From positions 2,624,001 to 2,688,000 of the forward strand of contig OZ242010.1 in NCBI GenBank assembly GCA_965204745.1: a stretch of 64,000 bases of DNA, written 5' to 3'. This stretch comes from Candidatus Latescibacterota bacterium. Lineage in GTDB: Bacteria > Latescibacterota > UBA2968. Below are positions 1 to 10,196 of this stretch, piece by piece. How positions within the stretch are numbered: the stretch's first letter is position 1; the number at the start of each line of letters is the position of its first letter. Made by a program: the position numbers and the translations under genes. The notes beneath the pieces are model-generated. The model was not told the origin of the DNA and made no database searches. It worked only from the letters and a program-made list of their open reading frames with translations.

Positions 1-1
1 G

Positions 2-499
2 CAACCGCTATCCGTGGCCGATTTTTCGCAAGCGGACGGGTTGTCGATGAGCGATATCGCCTTGGCCTTCTGGGTTGGGCCGAGCGATTCGACAACCACA
101 GGGCCTTTTCACAAGCGCGGGCTCGAGGTGATTCCCATGGCGTCAAAGGCGTTTCGGCCCGATCAAAATGCGTTTGTCTATTTTGAAGTGTACAATTTGA
201 AACGCGATGAATTTGGACAGACGAAATACCGCGTGGACTATTCTTTTCGCGCCGAGGAAAAGGGGATCGCGCCCGTGCGTGCGCTGCGCGGCATAGGCCG
301 TTTTTTGCGCTTGCAGGAAAAGCGGCGCGAGGTGGTGATTTCCTACGAGCAATCCGGAGGCGCGCCCGAAGATGTGGCGTATGTCGAATTGGATTTGAAA
401 GACGCGGAGCCGGGCGGGCAAGAAGTGCGCGTCAAAGTGACGGACTTGCTGGCCGACCGCGAGGTGGAGAAAAAAATTGCGTTTAAGATCGCGCCGTAG
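2..499 (+). CDS. C-terminal part of a probable GWxTD-domain protein (5' end outside window)
   Basis: Frame is open from the window edge. 'LSMSDIALA...VYFEVYNLKRDEFGQTKYRVDY...VTDL' resembles the Ig-like C-terminus of GWxTD proteins. Confidence 0.6.
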   Translation, partial: QPLSVADFSQADGLSMSDIALAFWVGPSDSTTTGPFHKRGLEVIPMASKAFRPDQNAFVYFEVYNLKRDEFGQTKYRVDYSFRAEEKGIAPVRALRGIGRFLRLQEKRREVVISYEQSGGAPEDVAYVELDLKDAEPGGQEVRVKVTDLLADREVEKKIAFKIAP

Positions 500-502
500 T
501 CC

Positions 503-2155
503 CTAGAACGCCCTGATCATCCGCACGTGTACCATGCCTTGGTCAAAGCTCTCTTTCCAGGGCAATCCGTAGTCGATGCCAAGCGTGCCCATCCCGCTAG
601 TTGCCAAAAGTCCCAGGCCGTAGGAAAGGGGATATTGGCTCGCCTCTGCGCCGCTGATCCGCCCGGCATCGACAAAGGCGAAAACCCGAGTCTTTGGCCC
701 CAGCAACCGGCGGCATTCCACATTGACCCATCCCGCGGTTGTTCCCCCAAATTGCTCTTCCCGATAGCCCCGCAGGGATTGCGTGCCGCCAAGCCAAATC
801 CACGCGGTTTCTGGCACCCCCCTCGTTTGCCCCACCCACGAGGCACGCGCCCGCCCCGCGATGGCAAATTGCCTGCCCAAAGGCCGCGACACCTGCCCAT
901 CGGCCGTCCATCGCACGCGCCTGATCCCGGGCGCGACCTCGCCGATTTCGCCCTTAAACTCGGCTTGCCAACCGTGCGTCTCATCCACGCGCCGGTCGAT
1001 CCGCACGCCCATCTCGAGAGACCACATCTTCTCGGCATCGTAAAATCCCAAACCCGTTGAATCGGGCAATACGCGGCTGTGTGCAAGCCCGCCGAACAAA
1101 TGCGTGCCTGCGGATACGGAAACATCTGCGCCCGCGCCAAATCGCTGCGTCACGTACCCGGCCCGTTCGTGCATTTCCACGCGGCCCCATGCCGAGATCG
1201 CGCTGTTGAACACATATGGTTCGCGGTACGAAACGCGCAAGTGAGACGCGCCCTCGTCCCTGCGCGACCACAGGGCATAGCCCTCGCGCCCGCCGCCGGA
1301 AAAGTTCAAGACGTCGAGCGCGATTGCCCCGGTCAAGGTCTGCCCCGAACCGAGGCCGAGGCCGCCTTCGATGCGCGTGTGGCGCGATTCCTCCAGCCCG
1401 ATCACAAGGGCCTTTTCCTCCCCGGTAGGCACGAGTTCGGCTTTGTGAACGCGGTCGATGAAGGGTAGATTTTGCAACCGCTGCACAAACGCATCTACGC
1501 GCCGCTGGTCATAGACTTCGCCCACAGAGATATGCCGCAACAAAACATCGTCCCGCGTCACCTCATTCCCCTCGAACCGCACGGTATCAATGCGAACTAG
1601 CGGGCCGGGGGACACGTCAACCCGCACGCCCGCGCCATTCTCGCCCCATAGCACATCGGGACGCAACGCGCAAAACGGATAGCCTCGGTCTTCGTAAAAA
1701 CGCAACAGGCGATCCAAGTGCCGGTTCAAGTCGCTTTCGGTCAATACCGCGCCCTGTGCAAGCCCAAAGGCATCGCGCACATCTGACGGATCAAAGATCA
1801 ACTCGCCGCGCACTTGCACGGATGCAATCCGGGTTCGCGCACCTTCGGCGATTGCAAAAACGACCGTCGTTTTATCTCCGCGTACAATTTTGGGAAACGA
1901 TACTGCCACACGCCAGAAGCCCTGTTTTTTGTATTCTTCCAAAATGCGTTGCACATCCTTTCGCAACAACGCGGAATCCACACCTACGCCCGCTCGCGTG
2001 ACCAACCACCCCTGCACATCGCGCACGGGCACAGACCGCGCACCTTCAATTTGAACGCGCGCCACAATCGGGCGATCTTCCTCTGCTGACGCCACCAGCG
2101 GGAAAACCACAAGGGCAACCACGGATAAACACCTATAAACGCGGATGAAAGTCAA
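503..2155 (-). CDS. BamA/TamA (Omp85) family outer membrane protein with POTRA domains
   Basis: POTRA repeats (IEGARSV..., YEDRGYPF, FEGNEVTRDDVLLR), 'LGGTQSLRGY' motif, terminal Phe. Start is approximate because the longer ORF overlaps the toxin gene. Confidence 0.85.
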   Translation of the reverse strand: MTFIRVYRCLSVVALVVFPLVASAEEDRPIVARVQIEGARSVPVRDVQGWLVTRAGVGVDSALLRKDVQRILEEYKKQGFWRVAVSFPKIVRGDKTTVVFAIAEGARTRIASVQVRGELIFDPSDVRDAFGLAQGAVLTESDLNRHLDRLLRFYEDRGYPFCALRPDVLWGENGAGVRVDVSPGPLVRIDTVRFEGNEVTRDDVLLRHISVGEVYDQRRVDAFVQRLQNLPFIDRVHKAELVPTGEEKALVIGLEESRHTRIEGGLGLGSGQTLTGAIALDVLNFSGGGREGYALWSRRDEGASHLRVSYREPYVFNSAISAWGRVEMHERAGYVTQRFGAGADVSVSAGTHLFGGLAHSRVLPDSTGLGFYDAEKMWSLEMGVRIDRRVDETHGWQAEFKGEIGEVAPGIRRVRWTADGQVSRPLGRQFAIAGRARASWVGQTRGVPETAWIWLGGTQSLRGYREEQFGGTTAGWVNVECRRLLGPKTRVFAFVDAGRISGAEASQYPLSYGLGLLATSGMGTLGIDYGLPWKESFDQGMVHVRMIRAF

Positions 2156-2231
2156 AAGACAATACCTTGGTAAGAATTGGGATATAAGGTTGAAGGATGG
2201 GCAAAGTTGAGGAGCAATTACAGGTTCACTA

Positions 2232-2260
2232 TTGACACAATATAACAAATTCGTTATGTT
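2232..2260 (+). promoter_or_regulatory. Sigma70 promoter with overlapping operator for the TA operon
   Basis: TTGACA(2232)-17 nt-TATGTT(2255); inverted repeat ATAAC-N6-GTTAT (2242-2257). ATG lies 6 nt after the -10, so the mRNA is probably leaderless. Confidence 0.7.
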
Positions 2261-2266
2261 ATCCCA

Positions 2267-2629
2267 ATGGAATGGGAGATTACATATTACAGCGAAAAAG
2301 TACAACAAGATATCTTGCGCTTTCCGCCAAGTGTTCAAGCACGCTATTTTAATTTGACCGACAGGATGCAAAAATTTGGGCCTAATCTGGGTATGCCGCA
2401 TACACGAGCACTGGGCGGCGGGTTATTTGAACTCCGCTTGAGGGCCAAAGAGGGTATTGGTCGCGTGTTCTTTTGTACACTGACTTCGCGTGTGCAAAGT
2501 TCAGCCGGAAAAAGAAAAATTGTTATGCTCCACTGTTTCGTAAAAAAATCTTACAAGATACCGAAGAAAGAACTCGATATAGCTAGAAATCGACAATCAG
2601 AATTTCAGGGTTCTCAAAAATTATCCTGA
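2267..2629 (+). CDS. RelE/ParE (HigB/Gp49-like) toxin
   Basis: 'GPNLGMPHTRALGGGLFELR...GIGRVFF...IVMLHCFVKKS..P.KELDIA' is typical of Gp49/HigB; toxin-first gene order. Confidence 0.9.
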   Translation: MEWEITYYSEKVQQDILRFPPSVQARYFNLTDRMQKFGPNLGMPHTRALGGGLFELRLRAKEGIGRVFFCTLTSRVQSSAGKRKIVMLHCFVKKSYKIPKKELDIARNRQSEFQGSQKLS

Positions 2630-2671
2630 GCACGCCACTCATCCATCCGCATAACCGAAAAAGCGAAAAAA

Positions 2672-2956
2672 ATGATCAGTCACGAAGAATTGAAAAGACG
2701 AGCACTCGCAAACCCCGCAACAAGAGCCGAGTACGAGGCTCAAAAGCCGGAGTTTGAATTGCTGGACAAGATGCTCGAAGCGCGAAAACGCGCTGGCTTG
2801 ACGCAAAGTCAGGTCGCCGAAAAGATGGGCACAAAGGCAACGGCGATCACCCGCTTGGAGTCTGCCAACAGCCACCACTCGCCAAAAATCGAGACCCTGC
2901 GAAAATACGCCGAGGCAGTGGGGTGTCGGCTCAACATCGAGTTGATCCCCGATTGA
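2672..2956 (+). CDS. XRE HTH antitoxin (HigA-like)
   Basis: 'ARKRAGLTQSQVAEKMGTKATAITRLES..SPKIETLRKYAEAVG'. Confidence 0.9.
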   Translation: MISHEELKRRALANPATRAEYEAQKPEFELLDKMLEARKRAGLTQSQVAEKMGTKATAITRLESANSHHSPKIETLRKYAEAVGCRLNIELIPD

Positions 2957-3122
2957 CCGGTGGGACGGATTACGCAGATTACGCGGATTACCCCATACCG
3001 CCCCACCGCAAGCCCTATCCCTAAGTAAGAGGCAAGAGGTAAGAGGCGAGACCGGCCCACAACCCTTCCGCCGCTTCATCGTTCCCACTCCGCAGTGTCT
3101 TTCGCATCCCCCGCCGCCATAG

Positions 3123-3380
3123 AGACCTATCCCCCCGGCCCCCGTTATTTGCTTCGCTCATTGTAGGCTACACCTGTGCCTACAAGGAAAGGGGGAGCGC
3201 ATGGCTTTCTTGAAGGGTTGCATCCAGGGCTGTTCTGATGGCTTTGAGTGAATGGATAATGCCATGAAAATCCAACCCCCTATCGCGCAATCCCCTCGCA
3301 AGACCTCTCGCCATTCCCCTCGCAAAACCGCTCACCGTTCCCCCCTTCCTTTTAGGAAGGGGGGTTAGGGGGGTAGGTCC
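3123..3380. repeat. REP/MITE-like composite element (arm A ... inverted arm B)
   Basis: GACCTATCCCCC...AGGAAAGGGG arm and inverted CCCCCTTCCT..AGGAAGGGGGGTTAGGGGGGTAGGTCC arm; related copies at 10337, 10577, 36332, 40201, 43578 and 58007. Confidence 0.85.
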
Positions 3381-3387
3381 AGAAGTA

Positions 3388-3424
3388 AAGCCCGAGTTCA
3401 CTGTGAACCCGGGCTTTTGTTTTC
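3388..3424. terminator. Probable bidirectional intrinsic terminator
   Basis: AAAGCCCGAGTTCAC-T-GTGAACCCGGGCTTTTGTTTT hairpin downstream of the large surface-protein gene. Confidence 0.6.
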
Positions 3425-3446
3425 CCTTTCGCGTCTTTCGCATTTG

Positions 3447-3641
3447 TCAGCCTGATGAGCCAAAGTCGGCGGCGAAGATGAGGAAATCGTCGAATCCAAT
3501 TTCGCCATCGCCATCGCACCGGGCGTCATATCGCTCCTGTCCGAGCCGCGAGCCGAACTTATCCGCAAAGGTCAAGAAGTCGGCGAAATTCACATCGCCA
3601 TCGCCATCTTCATCTGTGGCGGTCAGGGAACAGGCTTTCAT
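3447..3641 (-). CDS. Orphan EF-hand/dockerin-like peptide, possibly a vestigial C-terminal domain
   Basis: Two 'DGDG.V/I.F.DFL.FA..FG' motifs; ATGA overlap with the stop of the large gene; no signal peptide. Confidence 0.5.
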   Translation of the reverse strand: MKACSLTATDEDGDGDVNFADFLTFADKFGSRLGQERYDARCDGDGEIGFDDFLIFAADFGSSG

Positions 3642-6600
3642 TGGAAGTGGGAGTCGGGATAGAGGCTTCGGATGTAGGGTTCAATGGCTTGAGCGGTCGT
3701 GCGCGTAGCATTTTGCTCGATGACGTTCCCTCTGAGGAGGGCCTCGTTCCGGAAGAAGAGGACGTATCGAATGATCAGGATTATATCCGAGAACAGCCTC
3801 ACATCGCCATCGCCATCCACATCGAGAATGTTCTGATTGACCAACGTGTCGAGGTAGGGTTCAATTTCTTGAGCGGTCTTGCGCGTGGCAGTTGGCTCGA
3901 TGACGTTCCCTCTGAGGAGGGCCTCTTCCCGGAAGAAGAGGACATATCGAATGACCAGGATTATATCCGAGAACAATCTCACCCGGCCATCGCCATCCAC
4001 ATCCAAGTTGGCACTCGGGGTTTCGTCATCGATAATCGTCCCTGTGCCTTGCGCCGTGCTTATGGTCGCATTGGTCGCACTGCTCAGCGTCACGATCACG
4101 GTCTCGTTCTGCTCATCATCCGAGTCGTCGGTCACAGAAACAGCGATGGTCTGGATGGTATCGCCTACCGCGAAGGTCAGGGTCCCTGCGGTAAGCGCGG
4201 TGTAATCTGTCCCCGAAGTCGCGGTGCCCGTGCCAGCGTCTGCATACGCCACCGTCACTTGTAACGTGTTGTGCGCTGGGCGTAGGTACACCCTAAAGGT
4301 CAGGGTCGCGCTGGTCGCGCCTTCAATCACGCTTGGCGAACCGATACTCAGCGTAGGCATGCCATCGTCATCGATAATCGTCCCGGTGCCTTGCGCCGTG
4401 CTTATGGTCGCATTGGTCGCACTGCTCAGCGTCACGATCACGGTCTCGTTCTGCTCATCATCCGAGTCGTCGGTCACAGAAACAGCGATGGTCTGGCTGG
4501 TCGTGCCCGCCGCGAAGGTCAGGGTTCCTGCGGTGAGCGCGGTGTAGTCTGTCCCCGAAGTCGCGGTGCCCGTGCTCGCGTCTGCATACGCCACCGTCAC
4601 CTCCTTGCCGCTCACCTCATTCAATCTAACGGTGAACGTCAGGGCAGTGCCCTCAACCGCACTTGGCGAACTAATCGAGAGCCTCGGCGGCGGGTCATCA
4701 TCGGTGATCGTTATCGCAGTTGGGAGGACCACACTGCCCTGGTCGTTGTCTGCCACAACGGTCACGGTCACGTCGCGATTAGGCGCGTCTCGGGTGTTGT
4801 CCACCGCTGTGATGACCACCGTGTCCGACGCGTTCGCGGTTTGCCCTGCCGCGATGGTGATCGTCGAATCCGTCCCCACCGTGTAAGCACCCGCCACCGG
4901 GCGCACCGTGATCGTCGTCGTTGCGCTCAATGGGTGTGCCAGCGTCGCGGTCACGGTGCTCATCCCACCGCTTTCCGAGATCGACGAGGGCGTCAGTGCC
5001 AACGTCACTATCGCGGGTTGGAGCTGAAATTGCACGGTGGTGTCCAGGCCGGCATACTTCAAGGCCGGATACTGATCCATCGCGCCAAAGGTCCACGGAT
5101 CGTCGTTGCCGGCTTGTCCGTCTATGTTGGCGTTCCAGCCGTAGTAGGTGTCGTTGCTGGTGGCACCGTAGGTGGTGGGGCTCTGGAGCTCGCTGGTCGT
5201 CTTGCCCGCAGCGCCGCTACCGCCGAAGCTGGTTTGGCGTCCGCTGGTTTGGGTGTCCCAGTAGCTGCCGCTAACCGTGCCCGTGCCGGCATTCGACTCG
5301 CCCAACAGCCCGCCGATAGATGTCATCGACCCGCTGGAGAGGCTGACTGCGCCGGTGGAGTAGGAGTTTGTTATGGAGCCGGCGGCGGCTTTTGAGCCTA
5401 CCAGCCCACCGAGGTTCTGAGTCGCGCTGACGGATGCGAGGGAGTAGCTTGTGGAAATGGCACCTCCGGTCCAGCCGACCAGACCGCCGACGACATTGTC
5501 GCCCGTCATGCTGCCGGTGGTGTAGCAGGCGACGATTTCGCCGCGATTGCCGCCGACCAGAATGCCACTAAAGTCGTCTGCCGTAACATCGGCGTCGGTT
5601 ACGCCCAGCGACTCGATGCGGGAGTTGGTGCCGGTGCCGCCGAACAGTGCTTGGTAGCTGACAGCGGAGCGGCTGATGAACAGGTTTTGGACGGTGTAGC
5701 CGTTGCCTTTGAAATCGCCTGTGTATCGTAACGCTGGGCTGGCGTCGGAGCCGATGGGCATCCAGCCTTGGCCGCTATTCCAGTAGGTGGTGTCTGCTTG
5801 GGTGATCGCGCCATCGTTGTTCTCGTCAAAGTCCAAGTTGTTGAGCAGTTCGTAGCCAGTGCAACCGCTGGAAGGGCAACCCTTGCTCGCTGACAAGTTC
5901 CCGTTGGGAAAGGCGGCGTTGTAGGCGGTCGTATCGGCGGTCGTGGCACTTGAGTCTATGGCACCATCGCCATTGATATCCCAGCGCATGGCATGCAGTT
6001 GTGCCAAGGTCGAGACCTCGAGGAGGCCATCGCTATCCGTGTCGTAATGCACGGGTTGGGCAGCGTACTGCGCCGTGGTGTCCAGGCCGGCAAACGTCAA
6101 GACCGGATACTGCTTTGTCGTGCCAAAGGTCCAGGGATCATCATCGTTGGTCCCCGAAGCATCTATGGTCAGATCGTCCCAGTTGGCATAGATGCCGCTC
6201 GCAGACGTGATCGATTGTAAGTCGGCAGTCAGCTTGCCCTCCGGCGCAACAGTATCGCTATCATCGACAATGCCGCTTGTTTGCGTGTCCCAGTAGCTAT
6301 CGGTCACTGTACCAGCCGAACTGCCCACCAAACCCCCTTTCGTACCGGCACCCGTGACTGCGCCCGTCGCGTAGCTGGCGGTCACGTCACTGCCGCTCGC
6401 GATTTGACCCACCAAACCGCCGCCCACCGCGCTACTGTGTCCCGCGAACACCGTGCCCAGCGCGTAAGACGCCACCACCTCGGTCTGATCGGTCAGCCAA
6501 CCCACCAAACCGCCGGCCATCCCGCCACTCGTCACATGTGCAGGAACCCGCACAGAGACGAGCGCGTAGCTGCTCACAATGCGATTAGTGCCCGAAGTGC

Positions 6601-9600
6601 GATAAGACCGACCAACCAAACCACCCACACCCCACTTCGACCCCGAAACGCGACCCGTCACATAACACGACGAGATGGTGCTCCCACCACCTTGATTACC
6701 GGCCAGACCACCCACGCGGTCAGCACCGGTCACATTCACATTCAACAACCCCAATCCCGAAACATCGCCATCAACCGCCTGGAACAATCCTGTATTATGC
6801 CGAGACCCCCGGTTGATGAACAGGTGGGAGATCGTCTTGTTGTTGCCTTTGAACGTGCCGCCGTAAGGCCCCACAGGGTCCCAGCCGGCGCCGCCATTCC
6901 AGTAGGTGGCGTCTGCTGCGGTGATCTCGCCGTCGCCGGAGGTGTCAAAGTCCAGGTTGGCGAGCAGTTCGTAGCCGGTGCATCCCGGGAAGCAACCCAT
7001 ACGGGTGGCGGTGTCCCGGTTTGGAAAAGCAGTGTTGTAGGCGGTCGTATCGGCGGTCGAGGCACTGGCGTCTATGGCACCATCGCCATCGAGATCCCAG
7101 CGCATGGCGTTGAGTTGCGCCAGCGTGGTGATAGCGATGAGGCCATCGCCATCGGTATCGTAATTGGTGAGACCTGTAGCGCGCATGACCTCAACCGATC
7201 CATCGCGCGCACCGGTCTTGCTGGCAATGACACGCACTGTGTAGGTCGTCCCCGACGCCAAGGGAATCTTGAGGAACGTAGCCGTGGGGGTGGCCTCACG
7301 CGCGGCGTCGTAGCTTTGCATGCCGGATTTCCACTGCACGGTGTATCCCGTCGCTTGACTCGCCGCACGCCAGTGTACGTACAAGGTGTCCCCATTAGAT
7401 GTCACTGCCACACGCGGCGGTATGCTCGGTTGCAACGCAAGTTGCGCGGTGGTATCCAGGCCGGCATACTTCAAGACCGGATACTGATTCGTCGCGCCAA
7501 AGTACCACGGATCGTCGTTGCCCGCTTGCCCGTCCAGATTTTGGTTCCAGTTGAGGTAGCTGCCGGTATAGCCGGTGGGGCTTTGGAGGGCGCTGGTGGT
7601 TAGACCGCCAAGGGTGTTGATGAGGGTCCCAGCGGTGGTGCTCTGCCCGGTGGTTTGGGTGTCCCAGCGGCCGTAGGTTATCGCCGCCGTGATTGAACCA
7701 CCCCGTTGTGCCGCCAGGCCGCCGGTGGCTGTGGTGCCGGTGCTGGTGTTGGAAACAGTGCCGATAGCATAGACAGCACTTATCGAGTTCGCGTCAGTGA
7801 CCTGCACTTGACCTATCAGGCCGCCCGCTTTGACGCCGGAGCCGGTGCCGGAAACGTTCCCGGTTGCGTAGCTGGAGCGCAGGTATTCGCCACTACCGAG
7901 ATTTATCTGCCCGATCAGGCCGCCCACTTTGAAGCTGAGGGCGTCGGTAACACCGGTGCCGGTGCCACTACCGGAAACATTCCCGGTCGCGTAGTTGGCG
8001 TAGCTGGGACCAGCCATATGCCCGATCAGGCCGCCCATTCTGCCGGTGCCGCTCCCGGAAACGTTCCCAGTCGCGTAGCTAACGCTGACCCGGTCCCCGG
8101 CCCAACCTATCAGGCCACCGGCGGCGATGGAGCCGGTGCCGGTGATGGTGACCGTCCCAGTGGCATAGGTGGAGTCGACGCTACCGGCGGCTGTCCCGAT
8201 CAGGCCGCCGATGAACAACGAATTGTTGTTCGTTCCGACCACATTGCAGGTGGCGTAGCTATCGCTGACGGTGCCATTGGAGTAGCCCAACAGACAGCCG
8301 GTATAGCCAGTGGCACTGGCACTGCTGGTGTTGTGGGTTACGGAGCCGCCGGCAACGTAGCTCCCGCGCACCGCGCCGCCGGCATTGAGGAGCCCCGCCA
8401 AGGCACCGGTTTGACCCACGTTGTTCGAACTGGCGGTGGAAGTGCGGGTGTTGGTGATATTCACGTCCAACAAGCCCACATCTCTAATCGTGCCGCTGAC
8501 ATCGCCGAACAGACCGACGAAACCGCCGCCGGTGGCGGTGCTGGTGCTGTCAGCGATAAACAAGTTGGAAATGGTGTTGTCATTGCCATCAAAGGTGGCG
8601 GAGAAGGCGGTTGCAGCGCCGGTGGACGCCACACCGATGGGCGTCCAGCCAGCGCCGCTGTTCCAGTAGGTGGCGTCTGCTGCGGTGATTGAGCCATCGT
8701 TGTTCTCGTCAAAGTCCAAGTTGTTGAGCAACTCGTAGCCGGTGCAACCGCCGGTGGCCGGGCAACCCATCCGGCCGCTACTGGCGGTAATGTCGCCGCC
8801 GAGAAAGGCGTTAGCATAGGCGATGGTGTCGGCGTTGGTGCCGGTGGGCAAGCCATCGCCGTTCAAGTCGTAGCGGATGGCGTTTAACTGCAACAGGGAA
8901 GTCACGTCAATCAGGCCGTCGTTGTCGCCGTCGTGGTCAACTACCCGCTGGCTGGGGGTTCTCAGGGTCGGGTCCTGGCTGGTGGTGCCGAAGTTCCACG
9001 GGTTGTCGGGGACACGATCACCGTCCACATCTACGTTCCAGTTGGCGTATATGCCGGTGTAGGTGATGGGATTTTGGAGATCGCTGGTGCTCTTGCCGGT
9101 AACGCCTGCGTTGCTACCGGGTAATGCGCCGGGAGCAACGACGCCGATGCCACCGGGCCGCTCGCTGGTTAAGGTATTCCAGTAATTGTTGGACTGGGTA
9201 TTGCTGGCACATGAGCATCCGAGCAACCCGCCGACGTTGTTGTTGCCGCTGACCCTGCCGATGGAGTAAGAGTTTGATATTAAGGCGAAAGTGCTAAAGC
9301 CCACCAGACCGCCGACATACTGCCCCCCGCTGACAGATGCAGTGGAATAGGTGGTGTTGATATCTCCGCCGTTAAAGCCGTTATAGCCTACTAATCCACC
9401 GGTTTGATCTCCGCCTTGCACTGCGCCGGTGACGTAGCAGGCGACGATTGGGCTTCCACTATTTCCGCCTGCCAGAATGCCGGTATTGTCTCTTCCCCGA
9501 ACGTTGGCGTTGGTTACGCCCAGGCTTTCTATGCGGCCGGATTGAATGGAGCCGAACAGTCCGACGTAGCCTGTGTTGTTTCGGCTGATGAACAGGTTGT

Positions 9601-10015
9601 TGATCGTGTAGCCGTTGCCCTTGAAATTGCCCGTGTATTTGTAGGCGTTTGTGCCGATGGGTAGCCAGCCGGCGCCGTTGTTCCAATAGGTGGCGTCTGC
9701 TGAGGTGATTGAGTTGTCGTTGTTCTCGTCAAAGTCCAAGTTGTTGAGCAGTTCGTAGCCATTACAGCCGGCGGACGGACACCCCATGCCCGAGGCGGGG
9801 TTACTGAAGGCGGTGAAATAGTTCGTAGAGTCGGTGCTCGACACAACACCATCGCCGTTGAGATCCCAACGAATGGCGTTGAGTTGCGCCAAGGAGGTGA
9901 CGTCAATCAGGCGGTCGTTGTCCGAGTCGTAGTCGGTTTGGGCAAAAGCCGGCCCCGATGCCATCAGCATGACCAGCGCGACCATAGCCAACAAGTGAGC
10001 GTAGCGGGACATCAT
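3638..10015 (-). CDS. 2125-aa secreted modular surface protein (4 GLUG-type beta-helix modules, FN3-like, 2 Calx-beta, 2 C-terminal DxDGDG repeats)
   Basis: Signal peptide ending AFA; four 'D.D.DGL......QL.A.R.D..GDG...GC.GYELL.NLDFD' modules; many 'GGLVG' repeats; 'GTATSGTDYT...GTLTFAAG' Calx-beta repeats. Confidence 0.85.
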   Translation of the reverse strand: MMSRYAHLLAMVALVMLMASGPAFAQTDYDSDNDRLIDVTSLAQLNAIRWDLNGDGVVSSTDSTNYFTAFSNPASGMGCPSAGCNGYELLNNLDFDENNDNSITSADATYWNNGAGWLPIGTNAYKYTGNFKGNGYTINNLFISRNNTGYVGLFGSIQSGRIESLGVTNANVRGRDNTGILAGGNSGSPIVACYVTGAVQGGDQTGGLVGYNGFNGGDINTTYSTASVSGGQYVGGLVGFSTFALISNSYSIGRVSGNNNVGGLLGCSCASNTQSNNYWNTLTSERPGGIGVVAPGALPGSNAGVTGKSTSDLQNPITYTGIYANWNVDVDGDRVPDNPWNFGTTSQDPTLRTPSQRVVDHDGDNDGLIDVTSLLQLNAIRYDLNGDGLPTGTNADTIAYANAFLGGDITASSGRMGCPATGGCTGYELLNNLDFDENNDGSITAADATYWNSGAGWTPIGVASTGAATAFSATFDGNDNTISNLFIADSTSTATGGGFVGLFGDVSGTIRDVGLLDVNITNTRTSTASSNNVGQTGALAGLLNAGGAVRGSYVAGGSVTHNTSSASATGYTGCLLGYSNGTVSDSYATCNVVGTNNNSLFIGGLIGTAAGSVDSTYATGTVTITGTGSIAAGGLIGWAGDRVSVSYATGNVSGSGTGRMGGLIGHMAGPSYANYATGNVSGSGTGTGVTDALSFKVGGLIGQINLGSGEYLRSSYATGNVSGTGSGVKAGGLIGQVQVTDANSISAVYAIGTVSNTSTGTTATGGLAAQRGGSITAAITYGRWDTQTTGQSTTAGTLINTLGGLTTSALQSPTGYTGSYLNWNQNLDGQAGNDDPWYFGATNQYPVLKYAGLDTTAQLALQPSIPPRVAVTSNGDTLYVHWRAASQATGYTVQWKSGMQSYDAAREATPTATFLKIPLASGTTYTVRVIASKTGARDGSVEVMRATGLTNYDTDGDGLIAITTLAQLNAMRWDLDGDGAIDASASTADTTAYNTAFPNRDTATRMGCFPGCTGYELLANLDFDTSGDGEITAADATYWNGGAGWDPVGPYGGTFKGNNKTISHLFINRGSRHNTGLFQAVDGDVSGLGLLNVNVTGADRVGGLAGNQGGGSTISSCYVTGRVSGSKWGVGGLVGRSYRTSGTNRIVSSYALVSVRVPAHVTSGGMAGGLVGWLTDQTEVVASYALGTVFAGHSSAVGGGLVGQIASGSDVTASYATGAVTGAGTKGGLVGSSAGTVTDSYWDTQTSGIVDDSDTVAPEGKLTADLQSITSASGIYANWDDLTIDASGTNDDDPWTFGTTKQYPVLTFAGLDTTAQYAAQPVHYDTDSDGLLEVSTLAQLHAMRWDINGDGAIDSSATTADTTAYNAAFPNGNLSASKGCPSSGCTGYELLNNLDFDENNDGAITQADTTYWNSGQGWMPIGSDASPALRYTGDFKGNGYTVQNLFISRSAVSYQALFGGTGTNSRIESLGVTDADVTADDFSGILVGGNRGEIVACYTTGSMTGDNVVGGLVGWTGGAISTSYSLASVSATQNLGGLVGSKAAAGSITNSYSTGAVSLSSGSMTSIGGLLGESNAGTGTVSGSYWDTQTSGRQTSFGGSGAAGKTTSELQSPTTYGATSNDTYYGWNANIDGQAGNDDPWTFGAMDQYPALKYAGLDTTVQFQLQPAIVTLALTPSSISESGGMSTVTATLAHPLSATTTITVRPVAGAYTVGTDSTITIAAGQTANASDTVVITAVDNTRDAPNRDVTVTVVADNDQGSVVLPTAITITDDDPPPRLSISSPSAVEGTALTFTVRLNEVSGKEVTVAYADASTGTATSGTDYTALTAGTLTFAAGTTSQTIAVSVTDDSDDEQNETVIVTLSSATNATISTAQGTGTIIDDDGMPTLSIGSPSVIEGATSATLTFRVYLRPAHNTLQVTVAYADAGTGTATSGTDYTALTAGTLTFAVGDTIQTIAVSVTDDSDDEQNETVIVTLSSATNATISTAQGTGTIIDDETPSANLDVDGDGRVRLFSDIILVIRYVLFFREEALLRGNVIEPTATRKTAQEIEPYLDTLVNQNILDVDGDGDVRLFSDIILIIRYVLFFRNEALLRGNVIEQNATRTTAQAIEPYIRSLYPDSHFQ

Positions 10016-10016
10016 A

Positions 10017-10196
10017 TCAGAATCCTCTCGAGGGGGGGGGGGGGGGGTACACTGTACTGATCATCCTAACAGATTGTTTTGCAATGAAATAGACCCACAC
10101 ACCAAGATGGGAATGGGCGACATGAACGCCTGTTTTCGCAGGGGAACGGTGGCCTCCAAACAGGTTTGAACAACGTCGAAAAATGGCAGTCAACAT
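10017..10196 (-). CDS. 59-aa leader ORF running through a poly-C tract, out of frame with the surface-protein gene
   Basis: AGGAGA Shine-Dalgarno 7 nt before ATG 10196; ORF ends ...YPPPPPSRGF* with the stop 1 nt before ATG 10015. Confidence 0.5.
   Translation of the reverse strand: MLTAIFRRCSNLFGGHRSPAKTGVHVAHSHLGVWVYFIAKQSVRMISTVYPPPPPSRGF
10032..10047. repeat. G16/C16 homopolymer tract
   Basis: 16 consecutive G on the + strand. Confidence 0.95.
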
